64,000 bases of DNA from an uncultured Planctomycetota bacterium (GTDB taxonomy: Bacteria > Planctomycetota > Planctomycetia > Isosphaerales > Isosphaeraceae): NCBI GenBank assembly GCA_963845755.1, contig CAWJTV010000048.1, forward strand, positions 1 to 64,000. The letters run 5' to 3'. Under the pieces are notes generated by a model. It ran no database searches. It was not told where the DNA came from and saw only the letters and a list, made by a program, of their open reading frames with translations. Below are positions 22,015-34,237 of this stretch, piece after piece (positions within the stretch are counted from its first letter, which is position 1; the number at the start of each line of letters is the position of its first letter). The position numbers and the translations under genes were made by a program.

Positions 22015-22929
22015 GTTTTTTTTGTTCCAGTACATCTGGCTCGCGAGCATGGCCTATGTTGTGTACGCGGCGCTGCGCGTTCCCAACGATTCGTTGGCCG
22101 CCAACAATCGGGTTTTGGCCAGACCACGGCTACCGAAGCTTCGCCCGATCTTTTACCCGGCCATCGCGCTTCCCGTCGTTTTCGGTCTTCTCCTTCTGCT
22201 TTTGACGCAGCGAGGTCTGATCAGGATCACGCCACTCATTGCCGAATCCGACCTGAACGACTGCGTGCATACAGGTGAGGACGCCAAGCGCAGAATCCTC
22301 GCCTCGGCTGAACGTGAGGCCCGTCCCGGAGCAGATAGGCCCGGCATGCCCGAATCAGCGAGCAACTTCTGGCTGTACGAAGACGGCTGGTTATCGAAGA
22401 CCAGTACCTACTGGATGTTCGATTGCGGCAGCCGCGAGGAGTGTTTGAAGGCCGTCGAAAGCCTCGGCGGTCTCCGACAAAAGGAGCTATCACCGTGGCA
22501 GCCGTCGCGTTATGCGGTGATCATGGAAGGTCCGGCATTCTATTCAAGAAACGTGGATCCGAGCAGGAAGCTCCGGGCCAACCCGTGGGATGTTCGTGGG
22601 ATCAGAAACGGCTTGGTGCACGAATTGGTCACAGACCGTGACCTGTACTATTACGCGATCGACCTCGACCGATGCCGAGTCTTTTACTTGTGCGAGTTCC
22701 GATGTTTCGGTCGCGATGAGTATGAGCCAGCTCGTAAGTAGGGAGAGACCTGACTTGCGCGCGCCAGAAGCCGCGGTCGAACGGCCCGGCGCTACGAGTG
22801 AATGATAGTTGGCGCGGAAAGTCGGGCGTGCGACGATACCGGAACGTGGAATGTGTGGAATAGAGACGAGATTTGTCAGTCAGGCCCGATGACCCAGCGG
22901 CTCGAGTTGCCAACCGGGAGGCTTTGAAG

Positions 22930-23493
22930 ATGGTCCCTCTGATGCTAGGGTTCTTGACAGCCGGTGCCGTCGCCGAAACGTCTAATCAGACACCCACCAG
23001 AGCGGCCTACGAGATGTTGCTGAAGGAGTTCCCCGGAGGTCCTTCGGAATACATTAACCGAAATGAAGACCGAGGCCGTGCCGTCGCGGCGAGGTTCTTC
23101 GCCTTCGCCCGCGATCATCGCGACGCCCCCGATGCCGTCGAGGCACTCGGCTGGGTCGCCAGCCATCTGAAGGGGCTGACCGGGCTCGACATGCTGGGCC
23201 TGCGTAACACCAAGGTGACTGACACTGAGTTGGCTCACTTGAAGCAGCTAACCAGCTTGACAAGGCTGGACCTCGGCGAGACCCAGATCACGGCCGCAGG
23301 GCTGGCGCACCTGGCCGGCTTGACGCAGATGCGGAGGCTCGTCCTTCGGGGCACGGCGATGACCGACGTCGGGGTCGCCCAACTGAAAGGATTGACCAGT
23401 CTCCAGGAGCTGGACCTCGGACAGACCCAGGTGACTGACGCTGGGGTCGCGGCGCTGCAAAAGGCTCTGCCTCAGATGCTGATCGCTCGCTGA
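22930..23493 (+). CDS. Leucine-rich-repeat protein with short secreted-type N-terminus (probable chimera)
   Basis: Four 24-aa LxxLxxLxLxxTxVTDxGLxxL repeats after ...ARFFAFARDHRDAPDAVEALGWV. Confidence 0.8.
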   Translation: MVPLMLGFLTAGAVAETSNQTPTRAAYEMLLKEFPGGPSEYINRNEDRGRAVAARFFAFARDHRDAPDAVEALGWVASHLKGLTGLDMLGLRNTKVTDTELAHLKQLTSLTRLDLGETQITAAGLAHLAGLTQMRRLVLRGTAMTDVGVAQLKGLTSLQELDLGQTQVTDAGVAALQKALPQMLIAR

Positions 23494-23959
23494 GGTGCCG
23501 TGGTGCCAGCAAGAATCGCCTTCTTGTGATTGGGCCCAGCGCTTCAGCTAGGGCTCCTGGCTGGCCGTGTCTTTGCGCTTTGGTGTTGACGCGTATGTAG
23601 ATAGTGTGGTGCTTGCTCATGTCATGATCCCCTTCTCTATCTCTCTAAGGAAAGCATGACACGCAGATAAGACAGAGCAAGCTCGGGACAAATGGAAACA
23701 CGACTCACGAGGAGGCCGCATCCAGGAGCCTTTCACACGTCACACGCTCTGGCAATGCTGGTTGATTCGAGCTCTGTTAGCAGCCGGAAGAGTCACTGAT
23801 GCCCTGGACGGAGACGAGTGATCGGTGCCTTTTATTCATCCCCTGACCTATGGAATGAGGTGCATCACGATGCAGAATTCCACAGCCATGGAGGCCCCGT
23901 GAGACCGTGGCGATGAAGACTCTGATCATCGCTGCTCGAGTCGGAGCCGTAGGAAGTCG

Positions 23960-24100
23960 TCACACTCCGCCATGTCCGTACGGACCGTCCCCGGCTCGAT
24001 GGCGAAGAGCTTCACGCCGTGGTCGTCGGCCTCCAATGCCAATCCGATGGCGATGGCCCGGCCAAGGCCCCGAGCACCTCCGATGACGATGGCGACTCCG
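23960..24100 (-). pseudogene. SDR oxidoreductase relic with internal deletion
   Basis: VAIVIGGARGLGRAIA joined almost directly to HGVKLFAIEPGTVRTDMA. Confidence 0.7.
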
Positions 24101-24199
24101 ACTGTCCAATCTACGTCATCGGTCGAATCGTGGTCCGTGTCATCCCCCACCTCGACCCGTCTGCGCAACGCCCGCCGAGGTTCCGGACGCCCGAGCATC

Positions 24200-24686
24200 A
24201 CCCTTCCGATCAACTCCCAGATCGGCTCGCCCTCGGAGAGGATCCGGATCGGGCGGCCCGAGAAGTCCTGGAACTCGGCCCGGTGATCGATCCCCAGGTG
24301 CCGGTAGATCGTCGCCAGCAGGTCCTTCGGCGTCAGTGGGCGCTCCACCGCATCGTGTGGTCCAGCGACCGGATCAGGGCGAGCTTATCGCCGAGTTTGG
24401 ACTGGAGCGGGAAGAGTTCGCGGAGGTCCAGGCCCGGCACGGTGGACGGGATGGGGCGGAACGGACCACGGTACTCGCTGGGAGCGTCGGACTTGGGGTC
24501 GTAGGTCTCGAACTGGCTGGGACCGCCCCACATCCAGAAGAGGATGACCGAGGTGTCGGGGTCGGTCGGACTGGCGGCAGACCGTGCGGCGAGCCGATCG
24601 GCGAGGCCCAGGCCGCCGAGGGCGAGCGTGCCGAGCCGGAGGAACTCCCGGCGTCGGAGCGGTCCCGTGCAAAACGAGGCGGACAT
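24200..24686 (-). pseudogene. DUF1501 protein with its centre deleted
   Basis: Tat-like RRREFL, SVILFWMWGGPSQFETYDPK...LIRS, then directly PKDLLATIYRHLGID...GRP...GEPI. Confidence 0.85.
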
Positions 24687-24905
24687 GCTGAACGCTCCCC
24701 TTGATCGTGTTTAACATTTGCTGGATATTACCAAGGGAGAGTCACACCAGCAAGCCTGGTGGCGAAGCGGACGGCGAAACCGACCACTCGGCTGGTGACC
24801 CGTCAGCGTCTTATTCCGGTTTCCTGTTCCGTCGATAGGCACACCCGAGTATCCTGATCGAACGGAACCGCCTGCACGACCGCCCCACATCGAGGACGTG
24901 ATTCC

Positions 24906-26351
24906 ATGCTCTCCGTGCTGGCCACCGCAACGCTCCTGATGCTGGCCCCTCCTGGCGAGGATGATGGTCGTAAAGACGGCCCGTTCGCCCAGCGGGGCTA
25001 CTACATCACGTTCATGCGGATGCCGACCTACAACCTGGCCGACTGGAGGCAGATCGTCAACGACATCCGCGACGATGGCGGCAACACGCTCTTGCTCTGG
25101 GTCGCCGGAGCGTTCCGATCCAGGAGGTTCCCGATCACCTGGAGATGCAACGAGGAGCACGAGAACGTTCGCAAGGACTTCGTGTGTGAACTGATCGACC
25201 ACGCCCACACGCGGGGGATCAAGGTCCTGCTCGGCTTCACGCCCTTCGGTTATGACGGTGTGAATCAGTACCCGCTGGAACACCCGGAGACCAGGGCCAT
25301 CGGTAGGAATGGTCAGCCGGTCGGTAAGGGGGGCATCGGTTGCTGGGGCTACAACCTCTGCCCATCGAGGCCCGAGTCACAGCGGTTCATGCTCGAGTAC
25401 GTCCGGGAGATGGCCTTCGATTTCTATCCGAACGCCGACGGGCTGATGATCGAGTCGTCCGACTATGCCATCTGCCATTGTGCCGATTGCGGGCCGAGAT
25501 TCTTCGAGAGGGAGTTCGCGTCCGTCAAGCGGATCTCGGAGGAGGTCTGGGACAAGAAACCCGATGCCACGATCGTGGTCTACCCTCATTACTTCTCGGG
25601 GGCCGAGGTGCCCGGCTTCGGTGTCAGGGCCGCGAAGCAACCCTTCGATCCGCGCTGGACTTTGTTCTTCACCCCACACAGTGCCCATCTCGATCCAGAC
25701 CTCATCAAGCAAGCAAAGAGCACCCTCTGGTGGGATGACTCGCCCGCCCTGCGGCGCCCGCAGGACATCCAGGCCGGTGCCCTCCGGGCCAGGCAAGCGG
25801 GCGTCACGGGCTACGTCCCATCCCTGGAGGCGTATTCCTTCGTTGCCACGGTCGCCGAGGAGGGCCAGGCGTGGCTCAAAGGGAGGCGTCAGGTGCCCAT
25901 GGGTTTCGGCTGGCTGAAGGAGGGAGAGCCGCCCTATGGCGAGTTGCCGATGCGAGTCAATCGGATCGCCTACCGGGAATTCAGCCGCAACCCTGACCTC
26001 TCGCTCCAGGGATACAAGGTGATTCTGGGGAGGGAAGTGTTCGGTGAGTCGGTCACGGAGCAGTCGGTCGATGACCTCCTGGAACTCCAGGCGGCCTTCG
26101 CCACCGAGCGGACGTGGTGCCAGCCATCGCCTCTGGTGAGCCCCGATCGGGTGCGGGCGATGAAGGCCCAGGGCAACCTGGCGCCGCCGAAGCGGTCCGA
26201 GTATCGGGCGGCCCTGGATCGACTCCATCGGATCGAGGGTCGACATCGGGAGCCGAAGTCCGAGGGTGAGCGAGAACTGGGCCGGATCGCCAGGTGGGTC
26301 ATCGATCGATGGCAAGCGGAAGGCGGGCTGCTTGAGGAGCCGGGCCATTGA
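24906..26351 (+). CDS. Secreted putative glycoside-hydrolase-like TIM-barrel protein
   Basis: Signal-like N-terminus; RGYY, GNTLLLW, ELIDHAHTRGIKVLLG, LCPS, DGLMIESSD, CHCADC. Confidence 0.65.
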   Translation: MLSVLATATLLMLAPPGEDDGRKDGPFAQRGYYITFMRMPTYNLADWRQIVNDIRDDGGNTLLLWVAGAFRSRRFPITWRCNEEHENVRKDFVCELIDHAHTRGIKVLLGFTPFGYDGVNQYPLEHPETRAIGRNGQPVGKGGIGCWGYNLCPSRPESQRFMLEYVREMAFDFYPNADGLMIESSDYAICHCADCGPRFFEREFASVKRISEEVWDKKPDATIVVYPHYFSGAEVPGFGVRAAKQPFDPRWTLFFTPHSAHLDPDLIKQAKSTLWWDDSPALRRPQDIQAGALRARQAGVTGYVPSLEAYSFVATVAEEGQAWLKGRRQVPMGFGWLKEGEPPYGELPMRVNRIAYREFSRNPDLSLQGYKVILGREVFGESVTEQSVDDLLELQAAFATERTWCQPSPLVSPDRVRAMKAQGNLAPPKRSEYRAALDRLHRIEGRHREPKSEGERELGRIARWVIDRWQAEGGLLEEPGH

Positions 26352-26394
26352 TCCCAACCGTCATCAAACCGATCAGAGTCTTGGAGCCCGACCG

Positions 26395-27150
26395 ATGCCC
26401 TGGATCGACCACCCCTCGGGTGACTACCGCTTCCTCCCTGGAATCGCCCCGTACTCATGCGGCGTGGTCTCGAAACCAGGATTCGAGGTCGCGCACGTCA
26501 CGCTCCATCGCCCCATTCCCTATGCTCAGGGCTTCGAGGCGATCGAGACTCACCTGGCGGCAGAGGGGAGACCAAAGGCCGCCCTCTGCGGGATCGAACT
26601 CCGATCGCCCGTCCCATTCTCCTTCCGGGGGTTCGGCGAGTTCAATACCGAGTATGCCCGGATCCTGGAGGGGTGGGGGCTCTTCGTCGACGGCGTGAAT
26701 CCCGTGGCCCGAACGAATGTCGCACCGGCGGTGGCTTCGCCCTCCAAGCCGGTCCTCTACGGCTTCTCGTATTCGAGGCCTTGCGATCCGTCCCTGCCTC
26801 CGACCTTCGTCGTCGCCGGTGCCGGGGAACTGCCCGAGGGCGTCCTGGACGCCGAAGGCATCGTCCGGGCCGGAGATACCTCGCCGGAGGGCATCGTCGC
26901 AAAGGCACGGTTTGTCATGGACCTCATGGAGGACCGCCTGCGGAGACTCGGTCGTGACTGGCCCGAGGTCACCGCCATCGACGTCTATACGATTCATCCC
27001 ATCGAGCCGTTCCTCGCCGAGATCCTCCTGGGAAGAGTTGGGGTGGCCGCGACTCACGGAATTCGCTGGTTCTACAGTCGCCCGCCGATCGTCGAGATCG
27101 AGTACGAGATGGACCTGCGGGGCCTCAGGACCGAGCTTCGACTCTGGTAA
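26395..27150 (+). CDS. CnbZ-like (2-amino-5-chloromuconate deaminase / RidA-fold) protein
   Basis: YRFLPGIAPYSCGV, IELRSPVPF, NPVARTNVAP, FVVAGAGE, RPPIVEIEYEMD. Confidence 0.8.
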   Translation: MPWIDHPSGDYRFLPGIAPYSCGVVSKPGFEVAHVTLHRPIPYAQGFEAIETHLAAEGRPKAALCGIELRSPVPFSFRGFGEFNTEYARILEGWGLFVDGVNPVARTNVAPAVASPSKPVLYGFSYSRPCDPSLPPTFVVAGAGELPEGVLDAEGIVRAGDTSPEGIVAKARFVMDLMEDRLRRLGRDWPEVTAIDVYTIHPIEPFLAEILLGRVGVAATHGIRWFYSRPPIVEIEYEMDLRGLRTELRLW

Positions 27151-27935
27151 CGTCCTGCTCGACGACCACCGGGTCGAAGTGCTCGCCGACCATCCCGAGA
27201 TACGGCAGGCCGCCGAGGAGGTGAAAGGGGACCTGGAGGCGGCATGCGATTCGAGCGCCTATCGGTTGGATTGCGCTCGCCCCAGGACGACGCGAAGCCC
27301 TCGCTAAACTTCAGGCTGAAAATAATTTCGGATTTTTTATCTGCCGCTGGGGCTGAGAGTTGGGGCGGCTCTCGGCCGAAATCCCCGCTAGGTGCATTAA
27401 CGGTTTCCCAAAGTTGCGGCATCCTGAGAGTATGGCCCACGTGAGATCACTGCCGAGACGGGCGCCCGGACCGCACCTCCCGGTCCGGGTCGTCGCCGCA
27501 ACCGGATATCAGCCAAGGAGATCAGGGAGCGCGACCCGGGAAAAAGATGTCCCATTGTGCCACGTGATGACACCCGCATCGGTCGGTGAGTCCCGAAGGG
27601 GACCTGCGGTCGGCCGGGTGGCCAGGTCGGCAGATCGTGCCATTGCGCGGGCGCGGGCCACGCAAGTGGAAGGCGCTCTAATTTGCGGCTCGTCTGGGAG
27701 CGGACCTGGCGGATCGAGGATCAGAATGCGTTCGCCCGAGCCGTGATCGGGGCGACGCCGTTTACGGGGCTCCTCTTCGCCCTGAGGGTCGAGGAATCGT
27801 CTGGCCTTCGAAAGTCCTTGGTGGCGATTCAATCATAGCCGCGGCTGCGGACGGCATGATACAACAGGCGGGGGGACATACTGACTCCGCCGGTGTACCC
27901 AGCCGATCACGATCGTATAGGTGGAAGGGAAGCGC

Positions 27936-30401
27936 ATGGGCACAACGCTGTTGACCTGGGCTGTCCTGCTTCTGGGAGCGACGACGGACGACGCGATGTC
28001 CCCATGGGGGTCGAACCATCACCCGACCGATCTGACGAAGCGGCACCTGCAAGAGATTGTCGATGGACGGGTCCAGTACATCGTGACCCAGGGTGGGACG
28101 ATGGACGGCCGGAACTGCCGATCGCCGCAGGGGGTCTGGCAACCCTTCGAGCAGTCCTGGGAGTCGAATCGCTCCGTCCGGCTGGAGAACGTGGGCACGA
28201 CCGACGTCGTCAATCCCTGGCTCTCCAACGGCTGTAACGACTTCCGCAGCCTCGATCGGATCGTGGCCCGGGCCATCGAGCCGGGAATGACCGACCGGGA
28301 GAAGGCCAGGGCCCTCTGGTGGCAGGAAGTCCAGCATCGCTTCCACTACGAAGGGGACAATAACGAACTGCTCGATCCCGTCAAAGTTTTCAATGTTTAT
28401 GGCTACAACACGTGCGGCAACGACTCGATCTGTCTCGCCGGCCTGTGGCGCCAGGCGGGCCTCAAAGTCGCACCGGCACGCCTGGTGGGGCATTGCGTCA
28501 GCCAGGTCTTTTACGACGATTCCTGGCACCTCTTCGACGGCGACATGCACTCCATCTATCTCCTGCGCGACAACCAGACCATCGCCGGCGAGCAAGACCT
28601 GGTGCGCGATCACGATCTGATCCGCCGCACGCACACTCAGGGAATCCTGCAACCCGACCGGCGCGCGGGGGATGAGTGGGAGTCGTCCATCTATGTCTTC
28701 GAAGGGGCGGTCAACGGGGACCGCAACTCGTCCATCAGTGCCTTGAACATGACGCTCCGTCCGGGGGAGGCGCTCGTCTGGCGCTGGGGTCATTTGAATC
28801 CGATCAAGTATCACGGGTCCGGGCGCCCCCGATTCCCAGACCGGATCTGCAACGGCTTGTGGGAATACCGCCCGGACTTCAAGCAGACGTACTGGCGCAC
28901 GGGCGCCTCCAAAGTCGAGTCGATCCGGGTGCGAGACGGCACCCTCATGGCAGAGGAGGGGAAAACTGGCATCGTCGTCTGGACGATGTCCAGTCCCTAC
29001 GTCTTCGTCGGGGGAAGGCTGGACGCCGAGGAGATCGGCGCACGGTTCATGCTCTCCTGGGACGGCAAATCCTGGCATGAGGTTGATCGCAATCTCGACC
29101 GTCTCTTTCTGCCCGAGGGGCCGGCTCGGTACCGGTACTACCTGAAATGTGAGCTGTCGGGCGACGCACAACTCCGGCGACTGGGAATCCTCAACGACCT
29201 GCAGATGGCCCCGCTCACCCTTCCCGGTATGGGTGTTGGCTCGAACGCGTTCACGTACACCGACGAGTCGGCGAGCCGGCGCCAGGTGCGGATCACTCAC
29301 GAGTGGGTCGAGCGGTCGGCGAGCCGACCGCCCGACGCGCCGTCCGAGCCAGTCTCGCCTCCCTCCGGAGGTGTGACCGAGGGGACCGCGATCGTGTTCC
29401 AATGGCGGGCCGCCATCGATCCGGACGGCGATGCGATCGCCGACTACCACTTCGAGCTATCCGAACGCGCCGACATGAAGTGGCCCGTCTCGATGAGCTT
29501 CGCCAAGCTCATCTCCCGGACCGTCAACACGGGCGAGACCCGCTACACGCTGCCAGGCCCTGGCCTCCTGAATCCTGAGACAACGTATTTCTGGCACGTC
29601 CGCGCGCGCGATGACAAGGGGATCTGGGGACCGTGGAGTCCCACCTGGAGCTTCATGCCGAGGGGACCCGCACCTCCTCGAGAAGTCCGCCTCGAATTCG
29701 ACCGCGAGCACAACCGGGGCGTCCTCCGCTGGACGCCCAACCCGATGGGCCGCAAGCCCGTGGCCTACCGCGTCCATGCCAGCGACGAGAAGGGCTTCAC
29801 CGCCAGCGACCGACCGTACCCCGTCACCGTCGGAATCTCAAAGACGACGGCCTCGGAGTTCCCTGCAAACTTCGTGGCCGAGACCTCGGACGCCGAACTG
29901 GAAGTGGTGGGCCCGCATGTGAAGCTCCCGGAGGCGAACAGGGCCTTCTACCGAGTGGTCGCCGTCAACGCGGCCGGGAATCGCAGTGGACCTTCCGACT
30001 ACGCCGCTTCCCCGCGGCCCGTCATCGTCAGTGCGCCGGTGACCCTCGCCAGGAAAGGGGTGAATTATCGCTATCCCGTAGCGGCCATCCGTTCGCTGGG
30101 TGATCTTCGCACGCGGGTCGTCGATGGCAAGGAAACGATGAGCTTCTGGGACCTCGAACACCCTCGGTACTCCCTTCGGCGCGGACCGCGATGGCTCACT
30201 ATCGACGAAGCGACCGGTCTGCTCTCGGGGACGCCCGATCGATCGGGCACATCCGAGGTGGTCCTTTCCGTGAAGCTCGAACGCGACGTGCGCCGCCAGG
30301 ATGAGGGGGCGCTCAAGTGGGGAATCGAGAAGGTCGTCTCCTCTGGCACCGAAACGGTCGGCAGCGCCACTCAAACTTTCATCGTCGAAGTGGGTCCGTA
30401 G
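27936..30401 (+). CDS. Large secreted protein: transglutaminase-like core + FN3-like + putative Ig (He_PIG-like) domains
   Basis: GYNTCG...[17 protein letters not shown] (Cys-His-Asp); [33 protein letters not shown]. Confidence 0.75.
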   Translation: MGTTLLTWAVLLLGATTDDAMSPWGSNHHPTDLTKRHLQEIVDGRVQYIVTQGGTMDGRNCRSPQGVWQPFEQSWESNRSVRLENVGTTDVVNPWLSNGCNDFRSLDRIVARAIEPGMTDREKARALWWQEVQHRFHYEGDNNELLDPVKVFNVYGYNTCGNDSICLAGLWRQAGLKVAPARLVGHCVSQVFYDDSWHLFDGDMHSIYLLRDNQTIAGEQDLVRDHDLIRRTHTQGILQPDRRAGDEWESSIYVFEGAVNGDRNSSISALNMTLRPGEALVWRWGHLNPIKYHGSGRPRFPDRICNGLWEYRPDFKQTYWRTGASKVESIRVRDGTLMAEEGKTGIVVWTMSSPYVFVGGRLDAEEIGARFMLSWDGKSWHEVDRNLDRLFLPEGPARYRYYLKCELSGDAQLRRLGILNDLQMAPLTLPGMGVGSNAFTYTDESASRRQVRITHEWVERSASRPPDAPSEPVSPPSGGVTEGTAIVFQWRAAIDPDGDAIADYHFELSERADMKWPVSMSFAKLISRTVNTGETRYTLPGPGLLNPETTYFWHVRARDDKGIWGPWSPTWSFMPRGPAPPREVRLEFDREHNRGVLRWTPNPMGRKPVAYRVHASDEKGFTASDRPYPVTVGISKTTASEFPANFVAETSDAELEVVGPHVKLPEANRAFYRVVAVNAAGNRSGPSDYAASPRPVIVSAPVTLARKGVNYRYPVAAIRSLGDLRTRVVDGKETMSFWDLEHPRYSLRRGPRWLTIDEATGLLSGTPDRSGTSEVVLSVKLERDVRRQDEGALKWGIEKVVSSGTETVGSATQTFIVEVGP

Positions 30402-30591
30402 CGAATGGCGCCGGCTTCCGCCGGTTCCCGCAGGCGGAAAGAGCCGCGAGATCGTTTTCCAGTGGAACCGGCGCACCGCGATCGATATCCTGCATCGAAG
30501 GCATCCGGGGACATCCAGTCGTCCGGATCGGACATGTCGTCATCGCACATCAGGCTCCGTTCGGGCCCAACGGTTTCGAGAGGAATCAGCC

Positions 30592-33500
30592 ATGGAACGC
30601 ATGAGGATCGGCTTCTGGATGGATCATGCCTCGAGGAATCCTTGGGTCCTCGGCTTCGTCGTCGGTCTGGCCATGGCTGTCTCGTCGGCGTGGCCGGTCC
30701 CGGCTCTCGGCCAGGCGCCGCGACCCGGCGACCCGGACGCGTCGAAGGCATCCCTGGCTCGTTTCCTCCCGCGACAGAATTTGATCGCCTACCTGGAATG
30801 TGACGGTTTGGATGCGCACGGCGATGCCTGGAAGAAGTCGGTAGCGTACAAACTTCTGAACGACACCAAGCTCGGCGCCCTCCTGGAAGACCTCGCCCGC
30901 CAGGGATTCGAACTCATGCGACAGTCGGCCGGAGGGGACAGTCCGGTCACGGCGGCCGACATGATCGACCTGGTCAAGCACGTCGCAAGACACGGGGGCG
31001 CCGTGGGGGTTTGGGGCAAGCCCAATGACCCGGATGGGGGCGGTCCCGGGATCGTTTTCGTCGCGCGCGGAGGCGACCGGCCCTCGATCCGTCACATGCT
31101 CGAGGACGCGGCGTCCCGGAACTTGGCCGGACGCGGCCGGCCAGGGGCCGATCGCACGCCGGTCCAGAAGGCCGGCCGTACCTATCACCCGATCGATCAG
31201 AAGGGCGGCTGGTGGTTCGAAAAGGGAGATCTGATCCTATCCAACAGACCGGACTTCGTCATGTCCGTCCTCGATGGCAAGGAGCCCAACGCCCTCGATC
31301 ATCCGCTCCGCGTCGCACTTTTCCAGGCGAAAGAGGGCTTTCAGCCGGTCGCGGCAGGATTCGTCAACATCACCGCGGTACCGCCGATGCCTCCCCAGGC
31401 GGTGCAACTCGGCCTCGACGGGTTGAAGCGGATTGAGTTCCAGTGGGGCCTTCAGGACGACGCCCTCGTGGCCGTCCTTGGCGCGGTGGCTCCCGCACCC
31501 CGGCGCGGCATCCTGGCTTTCCTCGACCAGCCTACGTTCAACATCCAGTCGCTCCCGCCCTTACCCGCCGGTCTGACCGGCTTTGCCGTACTCTCTCTCG
31601 ACTTCGCCAGGATCTATGACAAGGTCGTCGAATTGGCCAACCAGTCTAATCCCCAGATGGCCGACGGATTCGCCCAAATTGAAGCGGCGTTTCATCAGCA
31701 GTTTGGAATCGCGCTTCGCAATGACTTGCTCGCGAGCCTCGGACCGAAGATATCCGTCTATTCCCAAGCGGCGAATGCCGATCCGGCGGCCGATCCGGCC
31801 CTGGCGGCTCTCGCGCCTTTCAGCGGGCTGACGATCTCGGCCCAGATCCGCGGCGACTCCCTCGCCAAGGTGATCGACCCTCTGATCCAGACCATCAACC
31901 AGATCATCCAGGCTCAGCAAGCCGGTGCTCGTCGCGGTCCGCCGGATCCCAACGCCCGAGCCATCGCGTTCAGAAAGCAGGACGACCCGCGCCCCACTTA
32001 TATGCTCGACCTGCCTCAGGGCGGGCTTCCTCCACAGATCCTCGCCATGTTTCAGCCGACGATCCGGCTCGGCAAAGACCAGCTTGTTGTCGCCGCCACA
32101 ACACCAAACGCCGTGCGGGCCGTGGACCTTGCCGGCGCCGCTCCCGACCAGCTCTGGAGGCCGACCGGCGCCTTCATCCCGATGGCCCGGCGACTCCCGG
32201 GAGACCTGGTCTTCCTGAACGTCAGCGACCCTCGCGACACGCTGCCGCAATTGGTCCAGAGCCTGCCGGGCGTCGTCCAGCAGGTCAACATGTTGCTACC
32301 GGCCGTGCAATCGGCACGCGGGGCGGCTCGCCGCGCCCAGTGCTCCAACAACCTGAAGCAGATCGCCTTGGCGATGCACAACTATCATGGCGCATTCAAT
32401 AACCTCCCGAAGCCTGCGATCATCGACAAAGACGGCAAGCCGCTCTTGAGCTGGCGCATCGCAATCCTGCCCTATATCGACCAAGGGCCCTTGTACAACC
32501 GGTTCAAACTCGACGAGCCGTGGGACAGCCCGAACAACAAGGAGCTCATCAAGGAAATGCCGCTGGTGTTTGTCTGCCCGGAACAGACCAAGCTCGAACC
32601 GTTCACCACGACCTATCGGGTGTTCACCGGCCCGGGTGCCCTGTTCGAAAAAGGCAAGGACACGGGATTCGCTGGGGTCACCGACGGGACGTCGAGCACG
32701 TTCATGGTCGTGGAGGCCAAGGAGTCCGTTCCCTGGACCAAGCCCGACGCCGAGCTGGAGTTCGACCCGGCGGCGGTCGCCTCGCTCTACGGCACCGAGG
32801 GTCCCCACAACGACGGCTTCAACGCCGCGTTCGCCGACGGCGCGGTCCGGTTCCTCCCGAATTCGATCAACGCAAATCTGTTCCACGACTTTGTCACGCG
32901 CAACGGCGGCGAGGTCATCGATCCGTCGCGATTCCCGGATCCGCCGCGTCCCCGGGACGAGGCAGTCGCGAGAGGCCCCCTGCATGTGGATCCGACCCAG
33001 ATTCCCCAGGCCGACGAGTTGAAGTCCTTGCTGTTCCCCGGCTCGCTCGCGATCGTCTCCGACGCCAATGGCGCGCGGATCGTCTCGCGCGAATCGTTCC
33101 CCAGCGTCTCCTCGCCGGCCGTCAGCGGCGTGTTGATCGCGCTCCTTCTCCCGGCCGTGCAGTCGGCGCGCGAGGCGGCCCGCCGCGCCCAGTGCACCAA
33201 CAACCTCAAGCAGATGGGCCTGGGGATGTTGAACTACGAATCGGCCACCAGTGCCTTCCCCAAGCCGGCCCTCACCGACAAGGACGGCAAACCTCTCTTG
33301 AGCTGGCGCGTGGCGATCTTGCCGTACATCGAGCAAGCCGAACTCTACAACCGGTTCCATCTCGACGAGCCGTGGGACAGCCCGCACAACAAGGAGCTCA
33401 TCAAGGAGATGCCAACGACCTTCGTCTGCCCGAGCCGGCCCAACCTCGAGCCGGGGACGACTACCTACCGGATCTTCGTCGGCGAGGGTGCCTTGTTCGA

Positions 33501-33789
33501 GAAAGGCAAGGATACGAGGATCGCGCAGATTACCGACGGTACGTCGAACACGATCATGATTTGTGAATCGAATGAAGCGGTCCCCTGGACCAAGCCTGAC
33601 GCCGAGCTCCCGTTCGACCCCGAGGCAAAGCCGTCGTTCTTCGGCGCCGGGTCGGTCCACCCGGGCGGGTTCAATGCCTTGTTCGCCGACGGATCGGCCC
33701 GATTCATCAAGATCACGATCGATCTCAATGTGTTCAAAGCCCTGATCACCCGCGCCGGGGGCGAGGTCGTCAACCGGGAAGGGCAATGA
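30592..33789 (+). CDS. Secreted protein with large N-terminal domain and two DUF1559 domains
   Basis: Two [21 protein letters not shown]...LSWR.AILPYI...TDGTS...H..GFNA.FADG modules. Confidence 0.9.
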   Translation: MERMRIGFWMDHASRNPWVLGFVVGLAMAVSSAWPVPALGQAPRPGDPDASKASLARFLPRQNLIAYLECDGLDAHGDAWKKSVAYKLLNDTKLGALLEDLARQGFELMRQSAGGDSPVTAADMIDLVKHVARHGGAVGVWGKPNDPDGGGPGIVFVARGGDRPSIRHMLEDAASRNLAGRGRPGADRTPVQKAGRTYHPIDQKGGWWFEKGDLILSNRPDFVMSVLDGKEPNALDHPLRVALFQAKEGFQPVAAGFVNITAVPPMPPQAVQLGLDGLKRIEFQWGLQDDALVAVLGAVAPAPRRGILAFLDQPTFNIQSLPPLPAGLTGFAVLSLDFARIYDKVVELANQSNPQMADGFAQIEAAFHQQFGIALRNDLLASLGPKISVYSQAANADPAADPALAALAPFSGLTISAQIRGDSLAKVIDPLIQTINQIIQAQQAGARRGPPDPNARAIAFRKQDDPRPTYMLDLPQGGLPPQILAMFQPTIRLGKDQLVVAATTPNAVRAVDLAGAAPDQLWRPTGAFIPMARRLPGDLVFLNVSDPRDTLPQLVQSLPGVVQQVNMLLPAVQSARGAARRAQCSNNLKQIALAMHNYHGAFNNLPKPAIIDKDGKPLLSWRIAILPYIDQGPLYNRFKLDEPWDSPNNKELIKEMPLVFVCPEQTKLEPFTTTYRVFTGPGALFEKGKDTGFAGVTDGTSSTFMVVEAKESVPWTKPDAELEFDPAAVASLYGTEGPHNDGFNAAFADGAVRFLPNSINANLFHDFVTRNGGEVIDPSRFPDPPRPRDEAVARGPLHVDPTQIPQADELKSLLFPGSLAIVSDANGARIVSRESFPSVSSPAVSGVLIALLLPAVQSAREAARRAQCTNNLKQMGLGMLNYESATSAFPKPALTDKDGKPLLSWRVAILPYIEQAELYNRFHLDEPWDSPHNKELIKEMPTTFVCPSRPNLEPGTTTYRIFVGEGALFEKGKDTRIAQITDGTSNTIMICESNEAVPWTKPDAELPFDPEAKPSFFGAGSVHPGGFNALFADGSARFIKITIDLNVFKALITRAGGEVVNREGQ

Positions 33790-33977
33790 ACGGGACCGGA
33801 AGCTGCACAGTTCGCAGTAAGACGCTCACGAACACCTAGCCGACCTCCGGCGACCCGGCCCACTGTCGGACAAGCCGGCTACGGGCGACACCGACCTCGA
33901 TCGAAAAATCCGTCGGGAACGTCCGGGCCGCTTGCCTGTCAACCACCTCGCTCAAGCTGAGTGTCCCGGAGGAATCG

Positions 33978-34217
33978 ATGGCGGAAGTGACCCAGGTCCA
34001 ACGCGTACAACTTGGATGCGGAACGATGATCCTGATCGCCATCATCGTCATGTTCTTCAGCCGGGGCGGGGATGTCGAGAACGAGGTCCGCAGCCTCCGC
34101 TCCGAGGTGGGGGAGATCAAGCGAATGATCGAGCAACAGTCCGCCGAGATCCGTCAACTGCGAGAGAAACTCTCGCCTCCTTCCCCCAAGGCGAGCATCG
34201 AAAAGGGCAAGGAGTAG
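33978..34217 (+). CDS. Small single-TM coiled-coil protein
   Basis: LGCGTMILIAIIVMFF then heptad-like EVRSLRSEVGEIKRMIEQQ; GGAGG RBS. Confidence 0.75.
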   Translation: MAEVTQVQRVQLGCGTMILIAIIVMFFSRGGDVENEVRSLRSEVGEIKRMIEQQSAEIRQLREKLSPPSPKASIEKGKE

Positions 34218-34237
34218 CCCAATCGCTCGCCGCGACA

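Larger units (their letters stand above)
20126..22741 (+). pseudogene. Membrane protein gene interrupted by an IS
   Basis: 5' part ...WLANPAAW...RLSLFF ends at the TSD and resumes as LFQYIWLASM... after the IS. Confidence 0.75.
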
